Source of the DNA: Natronohydrobacter sp.
GTDB taxonomy: Bacteria; Pseudomonadota; Alphaproteobacteria; Rhodobacterales; Rhodobacteraceae
Assembly (NCBI GenBank): GCA_007118445.1
Contig: SKRP01000134.1
Span: 1 to 49,989 of the forward strand
Reading direction: 5' to 3'
DNA length: 49,989 bases
Part shown: positions 28,605 through 38,969 of the stretch, piece by piece
Position numbering within the stretch: the stretch's first letter is position 1
Layout: each line of letters opens with the position of its first letter
Made by a program: the position numbers and the translations under genes
The notes under the pieces: generated by a model
The model's database searches: none
What the model was told of the DNA's origin: nothing
Seen by the model: the letters and a program-made list of their open reading frames with translations, nothing else

Positions 28605-30271
28605 AGCGGCAGACCGACCACGAAACGCGCGCCCAGCGGCGGGCTGTCGGGTTCGGCATCCCTGGCGCGGATATTCTCGGCCCAGATCACGCCCTGATGG
28701 GCTTCGACGATCTGTTTCGAGATCGCCAGACCCAGACCGGAATGATTGCCGAATTGCTGCACCGGGCGTTCCGAATAGAAGCGTTTGAACACTTTCTTCA
28801 GCGCATTGTCCGGAATGCCGGGGCCTGTATCCTCGACCACGATCAGAACACGATCCTCGCGCTGACGAGCCCAGACGCGCACGGCGTCGCCTTCTTCGCA
28901 AAAGGAGATCGCATTGGTGATCAGATTGACGAACACCTGCGCCAGCCGCCCCTCCAGCCCGGTGACGAGGATCGGGGATTCGGGCAGTATCTTCATGAAT
29001 TCGACGCCTTTTTCGCAGGCTTCCTGCGCAAGATGCTCGCAGAGATTGTCGAGCAGCAGCACCAGATCGAATTCTTCCTGCTCTTCCTTGACCAGTTCCG
29101 CGTCAAGCCGCGACGCATTGGACGTATCCGAGACCAGCCGGTCCAGACGGCGCACATCATGCTCGATCACCTCCAGCAGACGCTGAATCTGGTCGGGCCG
29201 CTTGGCCATGCGCATACTGCCCACCGCAGAGCGCAGCGAGGCCAGCGGGTTCTTGATCTCATGCGCCACATCGGCGGCGAATTGTTCATTCGCCTCGACC
29301 CGGTCATAAAGCGCACTTACGATCCCGCGCATGGCGCGCGACAGATCGCCGATTTCGTCAGGCCGCCCGGACAGATCCGGGATCCGCACCCGCGCGCCGG
29401 GCTTGCTTTTGCGCGCATCGCGGCGCTTGCCCAATTCTGCGGCCATGGCCAGATCGGCCAGCGGGTTGGCGATGGTCGAGGCCAGCACGAAACTCAGCCC
29501 GATCGAGACCAGCACGGCAATCAGGAAGAACTGGAACACCTGTTCGCGTTCCTGTCGCATCAGCTGCGCCGTATCCGCCGAATCGCGGCGCAGGAACACT
29601 GCCCCGGCAAAGCGCTCGCCGTCAAAGACCGGCGCGCTCGCGGCCAGCCACATATCGTCGGACCCGTCCTGATGCGTGTGACTGGCCATTTCGCCGTCCT
29701 GATTGCGCAGGAACATCGCCTGCGCCACGCTCGGGAAATCATTCGCTTCGGGTTCCCCCCGATCAATCGGGGTCAGCGAGGTCATGCCCAGCCAGATCGC
29801 GCGCAGCACATCGCTGATCGGCGTCGATCTGACCGGCAGGCTATCCGCGTCAGACTGCTGCGGGTTCCGGAACTGGCCTGCAACCCGGCCATCCGCATCG
29901 ACCAGCAGCATCTCGAAGCGCGGATCCACCGCGAAACCGGACTGAAAGGCCGCGCGCGCCGAATCCATATCCCCCCCGGCCGAGATCACGCGGGCTATGA
30001 TCTGAACATTGGTTCCGAGCATATCCTCTTGCTGGCGCAAGAGCGAATCGCGGAACGGATTGGTGAAGAGAATTCCGACGATCAGGATGACCAGCGCAAC
30101 CAGATTGAACAAGGCGATCTTGCGTGCGAGAGGTGAGCTGGAAATGCTGAGCAGCCCACGGCGTGCCCGCGAGGCGCGGACCTCGGTTTCGACCGCATCG
30201 CCCGGTCCTACCCAGTCATCCCCAAGAACGATATCCGTTCTCGACGCTGCTCCCTGCGTACGCACCACCAC
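28601..30271 (-). CDS. chvG: Sensor histidine kinase ChvG/ExoS
   Basis: Two TM segments, HAMP (RPDEIGDLS), H-box DVAHEIKNPL, and N/G boxes EDTGPGI and HSGLGLAIS. Confidence 0.92.
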   Translation of the reverse strand: MVVRTQGAASRTDIVLGDDWVGPGDAVETEVRASRARRGLLSISSSPLARKIALFNLVALVILIVGILFTNPFRDSLLRQQEDMLGTNVQIIARVISAGGDMDSARAAFQSGFAVDPRFEMLLVDADGRVAGQFRNPQQSDADSLPVRSTPISDVLRAIWLGMTSLTPIDRGEPEANDFPSVAQAMFLRNQDGEMASHTHQDGSDDMWLAASAPVFDGERFAGAVFLRRDSADTAQLMRQEREQVFQFFLIAVLVSIGLSFVLASTIANPLADLAMAAELGKRRDARKSKPGARVRIPDLSGRPDEIGDLSRAMRGIVSALYDRVEANEQFAADVAHEIKNPLASLRSAVGSMRMAKRPDQIQRLLEVIEHDVRRLDRLVSDTSNASRLDAELVKEEQEEFDLVLLLDNLCEHLAQEACEKGVEFMKILPESPILVTGLEGRLAQVFVNLITNAISFCEEGDAVRVWARQREDRVLIVVEDTGPGIPDNALKKVFKRFYSERPVQQFGNHSGLGLAISKQIVEAHQGVIWAENIRARDAEPDSPPLGARFVVGLPL

Positions 30272-30316
30272 ACCCGCTCTTTGCCGCCAGGGGCGTTCCC
30301 GTGACCGTTCCCGGCC

Positions 30317-31015
30317 CTATGCTTCGTTATATTTGTAGCCAATGCCGTAAAGTGTCTCGATCGAAGAGAACCCCTCATCCACGCTGCGCATCTTCTTGCG
30401 CAACCGCTTGATATGGCTGTCGATGGTCCGGTCATCGACATAGACCTGATCTTCATAGGCCACATCCATCAGCTGGTCACGCGATTTCACCACACCAGGG
30501 CGCTGCGCCAGCGCCTGAAGCAACAGGAATTCGGTCACGGTCAGCGTGACATCCTCGCCTTTCCACTTCACCTGATGGCGCAGCGGGTCCATTTCCAGAT
30601 TGCCGCGCACCAGGATCTTGGCTTCCTCGCCCGCTTCCGGCCCGGCCTCGATTGCCTGCTTGCGCCGCAGCAGGGCCCGGATCCGCTCGACCAGCAGACG
30701 CTGGGAAAACGGCTTCTTGACATAATCATCCGCGCCCATGCGCAGGCCCAAGACCTCGTCGATCTCATCATCCTTCGAGGTCAGGAAGATGATCGGCATC
30801 TGCGTCTTCTGGCGCAGGCGTTGCAACAGTTCCATCCCGTCCATGCGCGGCATTTTCATGTCCAGCACGGCCATATCCGGCATCTTGCGGTTAAACGCAT
30901 CCAGTGCGGCCTGCCCGTCATTATAGGTCTCGACATCGAAGCCTTCGGCCTCGAGACAGATAGAGACGGATGTCAGAATATTCCGGTCATCATCGACCAA
31001 CGCGATCTTCGACAT
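30317..31015 (-). CDS. chvI: Response regulator ChvI
   Basis: [39 protein letters not shown] and ETLYGIGY. Confidence 0.95.
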   Translation of the reverse strand: MSKIALVDDDRNILTSVSICLEAEGFDVETYNDGQAALDAFNRKMPDMAVLDMKMPRMDGMELLQRLRQKTQMPIIFLTSKDDEIDEVLGLRMGADDYVKKPFSQRLLVERIRALLRRKQAIEAGPEAGEEAKILVRGNLEMDPLRHQVKWKGEDVTLTVTEFLLLQALAQRPGVVKSRDQLMDVAYEDQVYVDDRTIDSHIKRLRKKMRSVDEGFSSIETLYGIGYKYNEA

Positions 31016-31185
31016 GTGCCTGTCCTTTACGACTGCTCTGGGTGGCAATTCTGCCTTAATTTTGCCACATCTTTGCCCAAACCCCGGATTGACGCAACTG
31101 ATTATCGCGAATCGCTGCTGTGTTCCTGCTGATTCGCGCTGAACTGTGCGAAACCGCAACACATGATGTGACAGGAATTTCCTGA

Positions 31186-31217
31186 TATTGCGCTAACGTC
31201 AGTCTGATTGCGCTAAC
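31186..31217. promoter_or_regulatory. Tandem operator-like sites between chvI and pckA (CceR/LacI-like)
   Basis: ATTGCGCTAAC repeated exactly at 31187 and 31207; resembles a GTT-N6-AAC LacI-type box. Confidence 0.45.
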
Positions 31218-31360
31218 TCCACGAAACAGCCTATGCTTCGACACAGTCGTGGTGTTATTGGACCATTATGGATCGCGCCAGATGACTTGCGATCGGCAAG
31301 ACATCCTGATCAGAACAGATGATCAGATCCGGAGACAACGTGCGAAATGGAGCCGTCACG

Positions 31361-32959
31361 ATGACCACACCCCGCGTCAACCCGAACAAACGCTTGGAAG
31401 ATCAAGGCATTGTCGGCGTGTCGAAGGCTTATTACAATCTGCTGGAACCGGCTCTGATCGAAGCAGCGTTGCAGCGTGGCGAAGGGCGGCTGGGTCTGGG
31501 CGGGGCGTTTCTCGCCGCAACCGGCAGCCATACGGGCCGTTCACCCAAGGACAAGTTTGTCGTGCGCAACCCACAGGTCGAAGACAAGATCTGGTGGGAA
31601 AACAACGCGCCGATGGAACAGGCCGCCTTTGACCGGCTGCATGACGACATGCTTGCCCATCTGAAAGGGCGCGAGGTTTTCGTGCAGGATCTCTATGGCG
31701 GTGCGGACCCGGCCTACCGGCTGGATGTGCGCGTGGTGACGGAACTGGCCTGGCACGGGCTGTTCATCCGCCATCTGCTGCGCCGCCCCGCAGCCGAGGA
31801 ACTGGCGACATTCGACCCGGAATTCACCATCATCAACTGCCCCAGCTTCAAGGCCGACCCGGCCCGCCATGGCTGCCGCTCGGAAACCGTGATCGCGCTG
31901 GATCTGACGCGCAAGATCATTCTGATCGGCAATACCGCCTATGCGGGCGAGAACAAGAAATCGGTTTTCACCCTGCTGAACTACATCCTGCCGGAGAAAG
32001 GCGTGATGCCGATGCACTGCTCGGCCAATCACGCGGTCGACGATCCCGAAGACGCCGCTGTGTTCTTCGGCCTGTCGGGCACCGGCAAGACCACGCTTTC
32101 GGCCTGCCCGTCGCGCGTTCTGATCGGCGATGACGAACATGGCTGGTCGGATAGTGGCATCTTCAATTTCGAGGGCGGCTGCTACGCCAAGACCATCAAT
32201 CTCGACCCCGAGGCCGAGCCGGAGATCCATGCCACGACGCATCGTTTCGGGTCGGTGGTCGAGAATATGGTCTATGACCCGGACACGCTGGAACTGGATT
32301 TCAGCGATGACAGCCTGACCGCGAATACCCGCGTCGCCTATCCGCTGGAGGCGATTTCCAATGCCTCGCCGACCTCGCTGGGGGGGGTTCCGAAGAATAT
32401 CATCATGCTGACCTGCGATGCCTTCGGCGTGCTGCCCCCGATCGCGCGGCTGACGCCCGCGCAGGCGATGTATCACTTCCTGTCGGGCTTCACCTCGAAA
32501 GTGGCCGGAACCGAACAGGGTGTGACCGAACCGCAGCCCACTTTCTCGACCTGTTTCGGCGCGCCCTTCATGCCGCGCCGCCCGGAAGTCTATGGCAAGC
32601 TGTTGCAGGCGAAGATCGCGCAATTCGGGTCGGAATGCTGGCTGGTGAACACTGGCTGGACCGGCGGGGCCTATGGCACTGGCTCGCGGATGCCGATCAA
32701 GGCGACGCGGGCGCTGCTGACGGCTGCGCTGGATGGCTCGCTGCGCGAAGTCCAGTTCCGGCGTGATCCGAATTTCGGATTTGACGTGCCGGTTTCGGTG
32801 CCGGATGTGGCCGATGTTCTGCTCGACCCGCGCCGGACCTGGGAAGATGCAGACGCCTATGACGCGCAGGCGGCGAAACTGGTCAGCATGTTTGCCGAGA
32901 ATTTCGCGCAATATGTGCCCTTCATCGATGATGAAGTGAAACAGGCCGCCATCGGCTGA
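31361..32959 (+). CDS. pckA: Phosphoenolpyruvate carboxykinase (ATP)
   Basis: [43 protein letters not shown] and NFEGGCYAK. Confidence 0.98.
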   Translation: MTTPRVNPNKRLEDQGIVGVSKAYYNLLEPALIEAALQRGEGRLGLGGAFLAATGSHTGRSPKDKFVVRNPQVEDKIWWENNAPMEQAAFDRLHDDMLAHLKGREVFVQDLYGGADPAYRLDVRVVTELAWHGLFIRHLLRRPAAEELATFDPEFTIINCPSFKADPARHGCRSETVIALDLTRKIILIGNTAYAGENKKSVFTLLNYILPEKGVMPMHCSANHAVDDPEDAAVFFGLSGTGKTTLSACPSRVLIGDDEHGWSDSGIFNFEGGCYAKTINLDPEAEPEIHATTHRFGSVVENMVYDPDTLELDFSDDSLTANTRVAYPLEAISNASPTSLGGVPKNIIMLTCDAFGVLPPIARLTPAQAMYHFLSGFTSKVAGTEQGVTEPQPTFSTCFGAPFMPRRPEVYGKLLQAKIAQFGSECWLVNTGWTGGAYGTGSRMPIKATRALLTAALDGSLREVQFRRDPNFGFDVPVSVPDVADVLLDPRRTWEDADAYDAQAAKLVSMFAENFAQYVPFIDDEVKQAAIG

Positions 32960-32991
32960 GCTGACTGCTGACGCCAGGTCTGTTGTGAACG

Positions 32992-33017
32992 CCCTGCCGG
33001 ATTCCGGCGGGGTTTTT
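32992..33017 (+). terminator. Intrinsic terminator after pckA
   Basis: CCCTGCCGG-ATT-CCGGCGGGG followed by TTTTT. Confidence 0.8.
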
Positions 33018-33055
33018 CAGGTCTGATGGTGCTTGCGACCGCTTCCGGTGTATTT

Positions 33056-33077
33056 GAGTATTTCTGGCAAGATGAAA
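33056..33077 (-). repeat. Dispersed repeat core, copy E (short form)
   Basis: Minus strand TTTCATCTTGCCAGAAATACTC, continuing AAATACAC. Confidence 0.75.
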
Positions 33078-33103
33078 CCAGGGTGGCGCGCTTTTGGTTC
33101 CGG

Positions 33104-34144
33104 TCAACTGTCGCAGATATTCTGCAGGCTGACCCATTGCCCGTCGCTGAGCAGGGCCGTTTGCGGCGGCTCGCCTGCCATCGGGTCGAGCGCGCGCAGA
33201 TCGTCGGCGAGGCCCGCGAGGCCAGGATCGAGCGGCGCGGGATTGTCGACAAGAGGCCGGGTGGACAGCGCGACCCGCGCGAAACGCTCCATGAGCGAAT
33301 CGGTCTGCGGCGGATCGGGCAATGCGCGCAGCAAGGCGGGCGCATAGCCCTGCAGCGCGGGTGCGGGCAGTTCGGCAGCGGTCAGCAGGCGGAAGGTGGC
33401 CAGAATGCCAGCATGGCGCAAGAGCGGGCGCAGCGGGTCGAGATCGGCACTGCGCTGAGCGGCCATCAGAACAGCCCCGGCCAGAGCCTCGGCGCTGGCC
33501 GCATCATCGAGAAGCCGGGCATCGATCAGAAAGAAGCGGCCCATGATCGGCTGCACCCGTGGCGCGTCCAGCGGCAGACCCCGGAGCACCAGAAGCTGCG
33601 CAGGTTGCTGAAACAGCGCGCGCTGCAGGCTGGCCAGCGCCGCATCGCCATGATCGCTGCGGCATTCCACAGCTCCCATCTGCACAAGATCGGCGCGCAG
33701 GGCCTCGCCGAGTTCGACGCGCTTGGCCATCGGCACGACCGAGGCCGTATGCGCCACCAGCGCGGGCGGCACCAGAAGCGCAATCAACAGCCCGGTCACG
33801 GCCGCAAGGCCAAGCAGCACCGGCAGGCGCAGCCGCGCGCTCAGCGGGCGCGGCGGGCGCAGGGCGCGCTGGACGGTCCTGAGCGCTTCGATCAGCCAGT
33901 CATCCTGCAATTCGAGGATCTCGCTACCGCCGCCATCGGGGCTGAACAATGCCGGGCGCTTGCCGGGGTTCAGACGCTCGACCGCAGGCAGCGACCAATG
34001 GCTGAGCGGCTTCATGCTGCGGGTGTCGGAAATCACCAGCGTCGCGTCGCCAAAGCTGACGATCACCTCGCGGCGCTGGGCGTCCTGCGATGGTGCCCAG
34101 AGCCCCTGGCCTTCCAGTTTGCGATACTTCTCGAGCGCGGTCAT
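33104..34144 (-). CDS. Conserved hypothetical single-pass membrane protein (possible degenerate M48-like domain)
   Basis: MTALEKY.KLE..GLW, LSHWSLPAV, one TM segment and terminal W..LQNIC; good codon usage. Confidence 0.75.
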   Translation of the reverse strand: MTALEKYRKLEGQGLWAPSQDAQRREVIVSFGDATLVISDTRSMKPLSHWSLPAVERLNPGKRPALFSPDGGGSEILELQDDWLIEALRTVQRALRPPRPLSARLRLPVLLGLAAVTGLLIALLVPPALVAHTASVVPMAKRVELGEALRADLVQMGAVECRSDHGDAALASLQRALFQQPAQLLVLRGLPLDAPRVQPIMGRFFLIDARLLDDAASAEALAGAVLMAAQRSADLDPLRPLLRHAGILATFRLLTAAELPAPALQGYAPALLRALPDPPQTDSLMERFARVALSTRPLVDNPAPLDPGLAGLADDLRALDPMAGEPPQTALLSDGQWVSLQNICDS

Positions 34145-34207
34145 GCCGCCTGCCTGCTTCTTCTTGTTTGTGCAAGATTACATCAGAGCAGGCGGCAAGA
34201 CCAGCGA

Positions 34208-35833
34208 TCACATGGCCCGGACCTTCGCGCGCAGATCAAACTTCTGTATCTTTCCGGTCGAGGTCTTGGGCAGTTCCATCACCAGCACGCGCTTGGGCGT
34301 CTTGAACCCGGCCAGCCGTTCGCGACAAAAGGCAATCAGCGCCGCTTCGCTGAATTCCGCGCCGGGTTTCAGCTCGATACAGGCGCAGGGCACCTCGCCC
34401 CATTTCTCGTCCGGCAACGCCACCACGGCCGCCAGCGCAACTGACGGGTGTTTCATCAGCACGCCCTCGACCTCGACCGAGGAGACATTCTCGCCGCCGG
34501 AAATGATGATATCCTTCGCCCGGTCGGCGATCTTGATATAGCCATCGGGATGCTGAAACGCGATATCGCCGGAATGAAACCAGCCACCGCGAAACGCCTC
34601 CGCCGTGGCCTCGGGGTTGCGGAAATAGCCTTTCATCACCCCATTGCCGCGATGCATGATCTCGCCCAGCGATGCCCCGTCGCGCGGCACTGGCTGCATC
34701 TTGTCGCTATCCATCACGCAAAGCCCTTCCATGAAGGGCATGGCGATCCCGGTGCGGGCCTTGACCTCGGCGCGGTCATCACCCTGCAGGGTATCGAACC
34801 CGCTATGCCACAGGCATTCGGCATCCGGGCCATAGGTTTCGGTCAGGCCGTAAACCTGCGTGACATTGAAGCCCAGCGGCTCGATCGCCGCCAGCGTTGC
34901 CGCGGGCGGCGGAGCCCCGGCGGTGAACACCTCGACCACATGATCGAAGGGCAGCCGCGCCTCGTCGGGGGCGTTGATGATGGTCTGCAGCACGATGGGC
35001 GCACCGCCGAAATGCGTGGCCCCGTCAATGCTGATCGCCCGGTAAATCCCTTCGGCGGTCACATCGCGCAGGCAGATCATTGTCCCGCCCAGCACTGGCA
35101 GCATCCAGGGGTGGCACCAGGCGTTGCAATGAAACATCGGCACGATGGTCAGATAGCGCGGAAACAGCGTCATGCGCCAGGAAACCGGCTGCGACAGGGT
35201 CGAGAGATAGGCCCCGCGGTGATGATAGACCACGCCCTTGGGCTTGCCTGTCGTGCCGGAGGTATAGTTCAGCGCAAGGCTTTCCCATTCATCCTCGGGC
35301 ATGATCCAGTCAAAGCCCGGATCGCCTGCGGCGAGCAGCTCTTCATATTCGGTAAAATCGCCCGAGGGGGCAAAGCCTGATTCGCGGTCGGCGACCTCGA
35401 TGATCTCGGGCGGATGCTCCAGCGCCGCGCAGGCCGCCCGCGCGAGGTCCAGAAAATCCGTATCCGCAAGCAGGATCTTCGCGCCGGAATGGTCCAGGAT
35501 GTAGCGCACGGTTTCCACATCCAGCCGGGTATTGATCGCATTGAGCACGCCCCCGCAGGCAGGCACCCCGAAATGCGCCTCGGCATGGGGGGCAATATTG
35601 GGCATGAGCGTCGAGACCACATCCCCCGGCATCACGCCACGCAGACGCAACCCCGAGGCCAGCCGGCTGACCCGTTCAGCATATTCGGCATAGGTCCTGC
35701 GCGTCGCGCCCTGCACAAGCGCCTCGCGCGTGGCAAAGATATCGGCGGCGCGGCGCAGATGCGACAGCGGTGTCAGTGCGACATGATTCGCCGCACATTT
35801 GTCCAAACCGGTCTCGTCAGAAAGCCAGCCCAT
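34208..35833 (-). CDS. Acyl-CoA synthetase (AMP-binding, medium/long-chain type)
   Basis: YTSGTTGKPKGV, YGLTE, WFHSGD, DRAKDIIISGGEN and PKTSTGK. Confidence 0.93.
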   Translation of the reverse strand: MGWLSDETGLDKCAANHVALTPLSHLRRAADIFATREALVQGATRRTYAEYAERVSRLASGLRLRGVMPGDVVSTLMPNIAPHAEAHFGVPACGGVLNAINTRLDVETVRYILDHSGAKILLADTDFLDLARAACAALEHPPEIIEVADRESGFAPSGDFTEYEELLAAGDPGFDWIMPEDEWESLALNYTSGTTGKPKGVVYHHRGAYLSTLSQPVSWRMTLFPRYLTIVPMFHCNAWCHPWMLPVLGGTMICLRDVTAEGIYRAISIDGATHFGGAPIVLQTIINAPDEARLPFDHVVEVFTAGAPPPAATLAAIEPLGFNVTQVYGLTETYGPDAECLWHSGFDTLQGDDRAEVKARTGIAMPFMEGLCVMDSDKMQPVPRDGASLGEIMHRGNGVMKGYFRNPEATAEAFRGGWFHSGDIAFQHPDGYIKIADRAKDIIISGGENVSSVEVEGVLMKHPSVALAAVVALPDEKWGEVPCACIELKPGAEFSEAALIAFCRERLAGFKTPKRVLVMELPKTSTGKIQKFDLRAKVRAM

Positions 35834-36048
35834 TGATCCCCCCTCAATTCACGAATCCCCGCAGGCGTCATCCTGTCATGCGCCTGCCGCCACAGTTCAG
35901 CATGACCCATGTCGCATGCAACAAAAAGTTGCGCGCCCAGAAAATACCCAAGTCTTTCCCCGTTTGCGCCGCTTCACATTAGTTAACTCACGATCACAGG
36001 CAATGGACCAAGGGGGCGAAACGCCCTGTCAGTCCACTGAAGAAAGGA

Positions 36049-36789
36049 ATGACCATGTTCGATATCGCTTCTTCAGTAAAGGGTTTCGCTGCGCGTTCCT
36101 GCAGTTTCGACACGATCCAGAAACAGATCGAGCACCAGAGCTATGACGCGGCCCTGCCCTGGGCCAGGATGACCAGATTGCGCGAGAACGGTTTTCTGGC
36201 CGAAACGCTGATTGCCACGGATCAGGGCTGGCGGCAGGCCGGTGTGATCATGCCCGGCGATGTGGTGATGACCTTCGATCATGGCCATCAGCGCGTGACG
36301 GATGTTCAGACTGTCAAAATCGACCCAAGGGTCATTCCGGACCGCAAGGCCATGCTCATGTCGGTGCCCAAAGGCGCGCTGGGCAACCGTCGTCCGATGC
36401 GGATTCTGCCGATGCAGGAAGTGATTGTCGAAATCGACGCGGCCGAAGAGCTTTACGGCGATCCTTTCGTCGTGATCCCGGCCCATATGCTGGAAGGCTA
36501 CCAGCGCATCACCAAGACCGCTTTCGACCAGCCCATCACTGTCGTGATGCTGGGTTTCGAGCGCGAGCAAATCCTGCACAGCAATGGCGGTCTGCTTGCG
36601 GTCTCGAATACGGCCAGCGAGTTGTCGCCGCTCAAATCTGCGGAGGAAACAGGCGAGGAAAGATACCACCGCCTGTCCCAGATTCAGCTGCGGCGCCTGA
36701 TCGGGACCTGGCCCAAGCCAGAATATGCTGCCTTTGTGGAAAGCACTATCGATGACACCTATGCCGCGTTGGAAAGCCGGCTGGCGTAA
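36049..36789 (+). CDS. Hint (Hint_2 / BIL-like) domain protein, degenerate
   Basis: NGFLAETLIATDQGWRQA..IMPGDVVMTFDHG, VPKGALGN and FEREQILHSNG; AAAGGA RBS. Confidence 0.8.
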   Translation: MTMFDIASSVKGFAARSCSFDTIQKQIEHQSYDAALPWARMTRLRENGFLAETLIATDQGWRQAGVIMPGDVVMTFDHGHQRVTDVQTVKIDPRVIPDRKAMLMSVPKGALGNRRPMRILPMQEVIVEIDAAEELYGDPFVVIPAHMLEGYQRITKTAFDQPITVVMLGFEREQILHSNGGLLAVSNTASELSPLKSAEETGEERYHRLSQIQLRRLIGTWPKPEYAAFVESTIDDTYAALESRLA

Positions 36790-38954
36790 AAGCCCGCCTC
36801 TTTCCCGACGGCATCACGCAACAGCTGCGGGGCCTCGAAACGGGTCCCGAAGCGCGCGGTGAGCCTGTCGCAGGTGTCCACCGCATAGGCTGCACCCAGC
36901 ATATCCAGCCAGGAGAACGGCCCGCCCGACCAGGGCGCGAAACCCCAGCCCAGAATCGCGCCGACATCGCCCTCGCGGATATCGGTCAGCACGCCCTCCT
37001 CCAGCGCGCGCACGGCCTCCAGCGCCTGGGCGAACATCAACCGGTGCTGCACTTCGATCAGGTCGGGCTGATCTTCGGCAGTCGGGAATTGCTGTGCCAG
37101 CCCGTCCCAAAGGCCCTGCCGCTTGCCCTTCTCGTCATAGCTGTAGAACCCGGCCTGAGTCTTGCGCCCCAGACGGCCCTGCGCGACCATCCAGAACACC
37201 ACCTCATCGACATCGCCATCAGCATAGGCATCGCCCATCGCCGCGCGCGTGGCTTTCGCGATCTTGGCCCCCAGATCGAGCGAGGTCTCATCGACCAGCT
37301 GCAGCGGGCCCAGCGGCATCCCCATCAGTTTCGCAGCATTCTCGACCAGCGCCGGCGCGACACCTTCGCGCACCATGCGCATCCCTTCGTTGATGTAAGG
37401 GATGATGCAGCGATTGGCGTAGAAGAAGCGCGCATCATTGACCACGATCGGCGTCTTGCGGATCTGGCGCACGAAATCGAGCGCCTTGGCGACGGCACGG
37501 TCGCCGGTCTGTTGGCCGCGAATGATCTCGACCAGCAGCATCTTGTCGACCGGGCTGAAGAAGTGGATACCGATGAACTGCTCGGGGCGCGCGCTGGCTT
37601 TCGCCAGATCGCTGATCGGCAGGGTCGAGGTGTTGGTCGCGAAAATCGCATTTTCCGGGATTGCCGCTTCGGCCTTGGCCGTGACCTCGGCCTTGACCCT
37701 CGGGTCCTCGAACACGGCCTCGATGACCAGATCGCAGCCACTCAGCGCCGCGTAATCCGTCGTGGGGGTGATCCGGCCCAGCACTTCGGCCTTTTTCGCC
37801 TCACTCACCTTGCCGCGCTTCATGCCCTTGTCGAGGATACCCTCGGCATAGCCCCTGCCCTTTTCGGCTGCGGCTTGTTCCGCATCGATCAGCACCACCT
37901 CGATCCCGGCATTCGCGGCGACATAGGCGATGCCCGCGCCCATCATGCCTGCGCCCAGCACCCCCAGCTTGGCGACCTTTTCATCTTCCACCTTGGGCCG
38001 GTTCGCGCCTTTCTCCAACGCTTCCTTGTTGATGAAAAGCGAGCGGATCATCGCGCTGGAGGACGGGTTCATCAGCACATTGACGAACCAGCGCGCCTCG
38101 ATCTTCAGCGCCGTGTCGAAGGGCACCAGCGCGCCCTCATAGACCGCTGACAAGAGCGCCTTGGCCGCCGGATAGACGCCCTGCGTCTTGCCGTTGATCA
38201 TGGCCGAGGCCCCCACGAAGGTCATGAACCCGGCCGGATGATAGGGCGCGCCACCAGGCATCTTGTAGCCCTTGGCATCCCAGGGCTTGACCAGATCAGC
38301 ATCTTTCGCGCCCAATACCCACTCTTTAGCGCGCGCCAGAAGCTCGTCGCCCGGCACCACTTCGTCAATGATCCCGGCCGCTTTCACCTTCTTCGGCTCC
38401 GACAGCTTGCCTTCCAGCAGGAAGGGCGCGGCCCCCATCGCGCCGAGCTTGCGCGCCAGCCGCGTGGTGCCACCTGCGCCGGGGAAAATGCCGACCATGA
38501 TCTCGGGCAGGCCGATCTTGGCTTTCGGATTATCCGCCGCGATAATGCGATGGCAAGCGAGCGGAATTTCCAGCCCGATCCCCAGCGCCGTGCCGGGCAG
38601 CGCGGCCACAATCGGCTTGCCGCCTTTCAGCGTCTTGGGGTCCATGCCCGCGCGCTCGATCTTGCGCAGGGTCCGGTGCATCGACATGATCCCGTCAAAC
38701 AGCCCCTTTTCCGGCTGATCGCCCGCCATTTCCTTCATCTTCGCGATGACATTCAGATCCATGCCGCCTGCGAAATCAGACTTGCCGGAAGTGATGATCA
38801 CCCCCTTTACGGCGTCATCGCCCAGCGCGGTGTCAATATGCGCCTCAAGCTCGGCCAGCCCCTCCATCGAGAGCACATTCATCGATTTGTTCGGAATGTC
38901 CCAGGAGATCGTGGCAATCCCGTCAGCATCGGTGGAATAGTGAAAATCGGTCAT
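36759..38954 (-). CDS. fadJ: Fatty-acid oxidation complex alpha subunit (enoyl-CoA hydratase/3-hydroxyacyl-CoA dehydrogenase)
   Basis: FAGGMDL, GLPE..VGIFPGAGGT, GVLGAGMMGAGIA, IEAVFED, TNTSTLP and HFFSPV. Confidence 0.92.
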   Translation of the reverse strand: MTDFHYSTDADGIATISWDIPNKSMNVLSMEGLAELEAHIDTALGDDAVKGVIITSGKSDFAGGMDLNVIAKMKEMAGDQPEKGLFDGIMSMHRTLRKIERAGMDPKTLKGGKPIVAALPGTALGIGLEIPLACHRIIAADNPKAKIGLPEIMVGIFPGAGGTTRLARKLGAMGAAPFLLEGKLSEPKKVKAAGIIDEVVPGDELLARAKEWVLGAKDADLVKPWDAKGYKMPGGAPYHPAGFMTFVGASAMINGKTQGVYPAAKALLSAVYEGALVPFDTALKIEARWFVNVLMNPSSSAMIRSLFINKEALEKGANRPKVEDEKVAKLGVLGAGMMGAGIAYVAANAGIEVVLIDAEQAAAEKGRGYAEGILDKGMKRGKVSEAKKAEVLGRITPTTDYAALSGCDLVIEAVFEDPRVKAEVTAKAEAAIPENAIFATNTSTLPISDLAKASARPEQFIGIHFFSPVDKMLLVEIIRGQQTGDRAVAKALDFVRQIRKTPIVVNDARFFYANRCIIPYINEGMRMVREGVAPALVENAAKLMGMPLGPLQLVDETSLDLGAKIAKATRAAMGDAYADGDVDEVVFWMVAQGRLGRKTQAGFYSYDEKGKRQGLWDGLAQQFPTAEDQPDLIEVQHRLMFAQALEAVRALEEGVLTDIREGDVGAILGWGFAPWSGGPFSWLDMLGAAYAVDTCDRLTARFGTRFEAPQLLRDAVGKEAGFYASRLSNAA

Positions 38955-38969
38955 TGTCCTTGCCTCCCC

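Noticed and set aside
32095-32112. PckA TTLSACP instead of TTLSADP
   Set aside because: The substitution lies outside the core P-loop and metal-binding residues; all key motifs are intact
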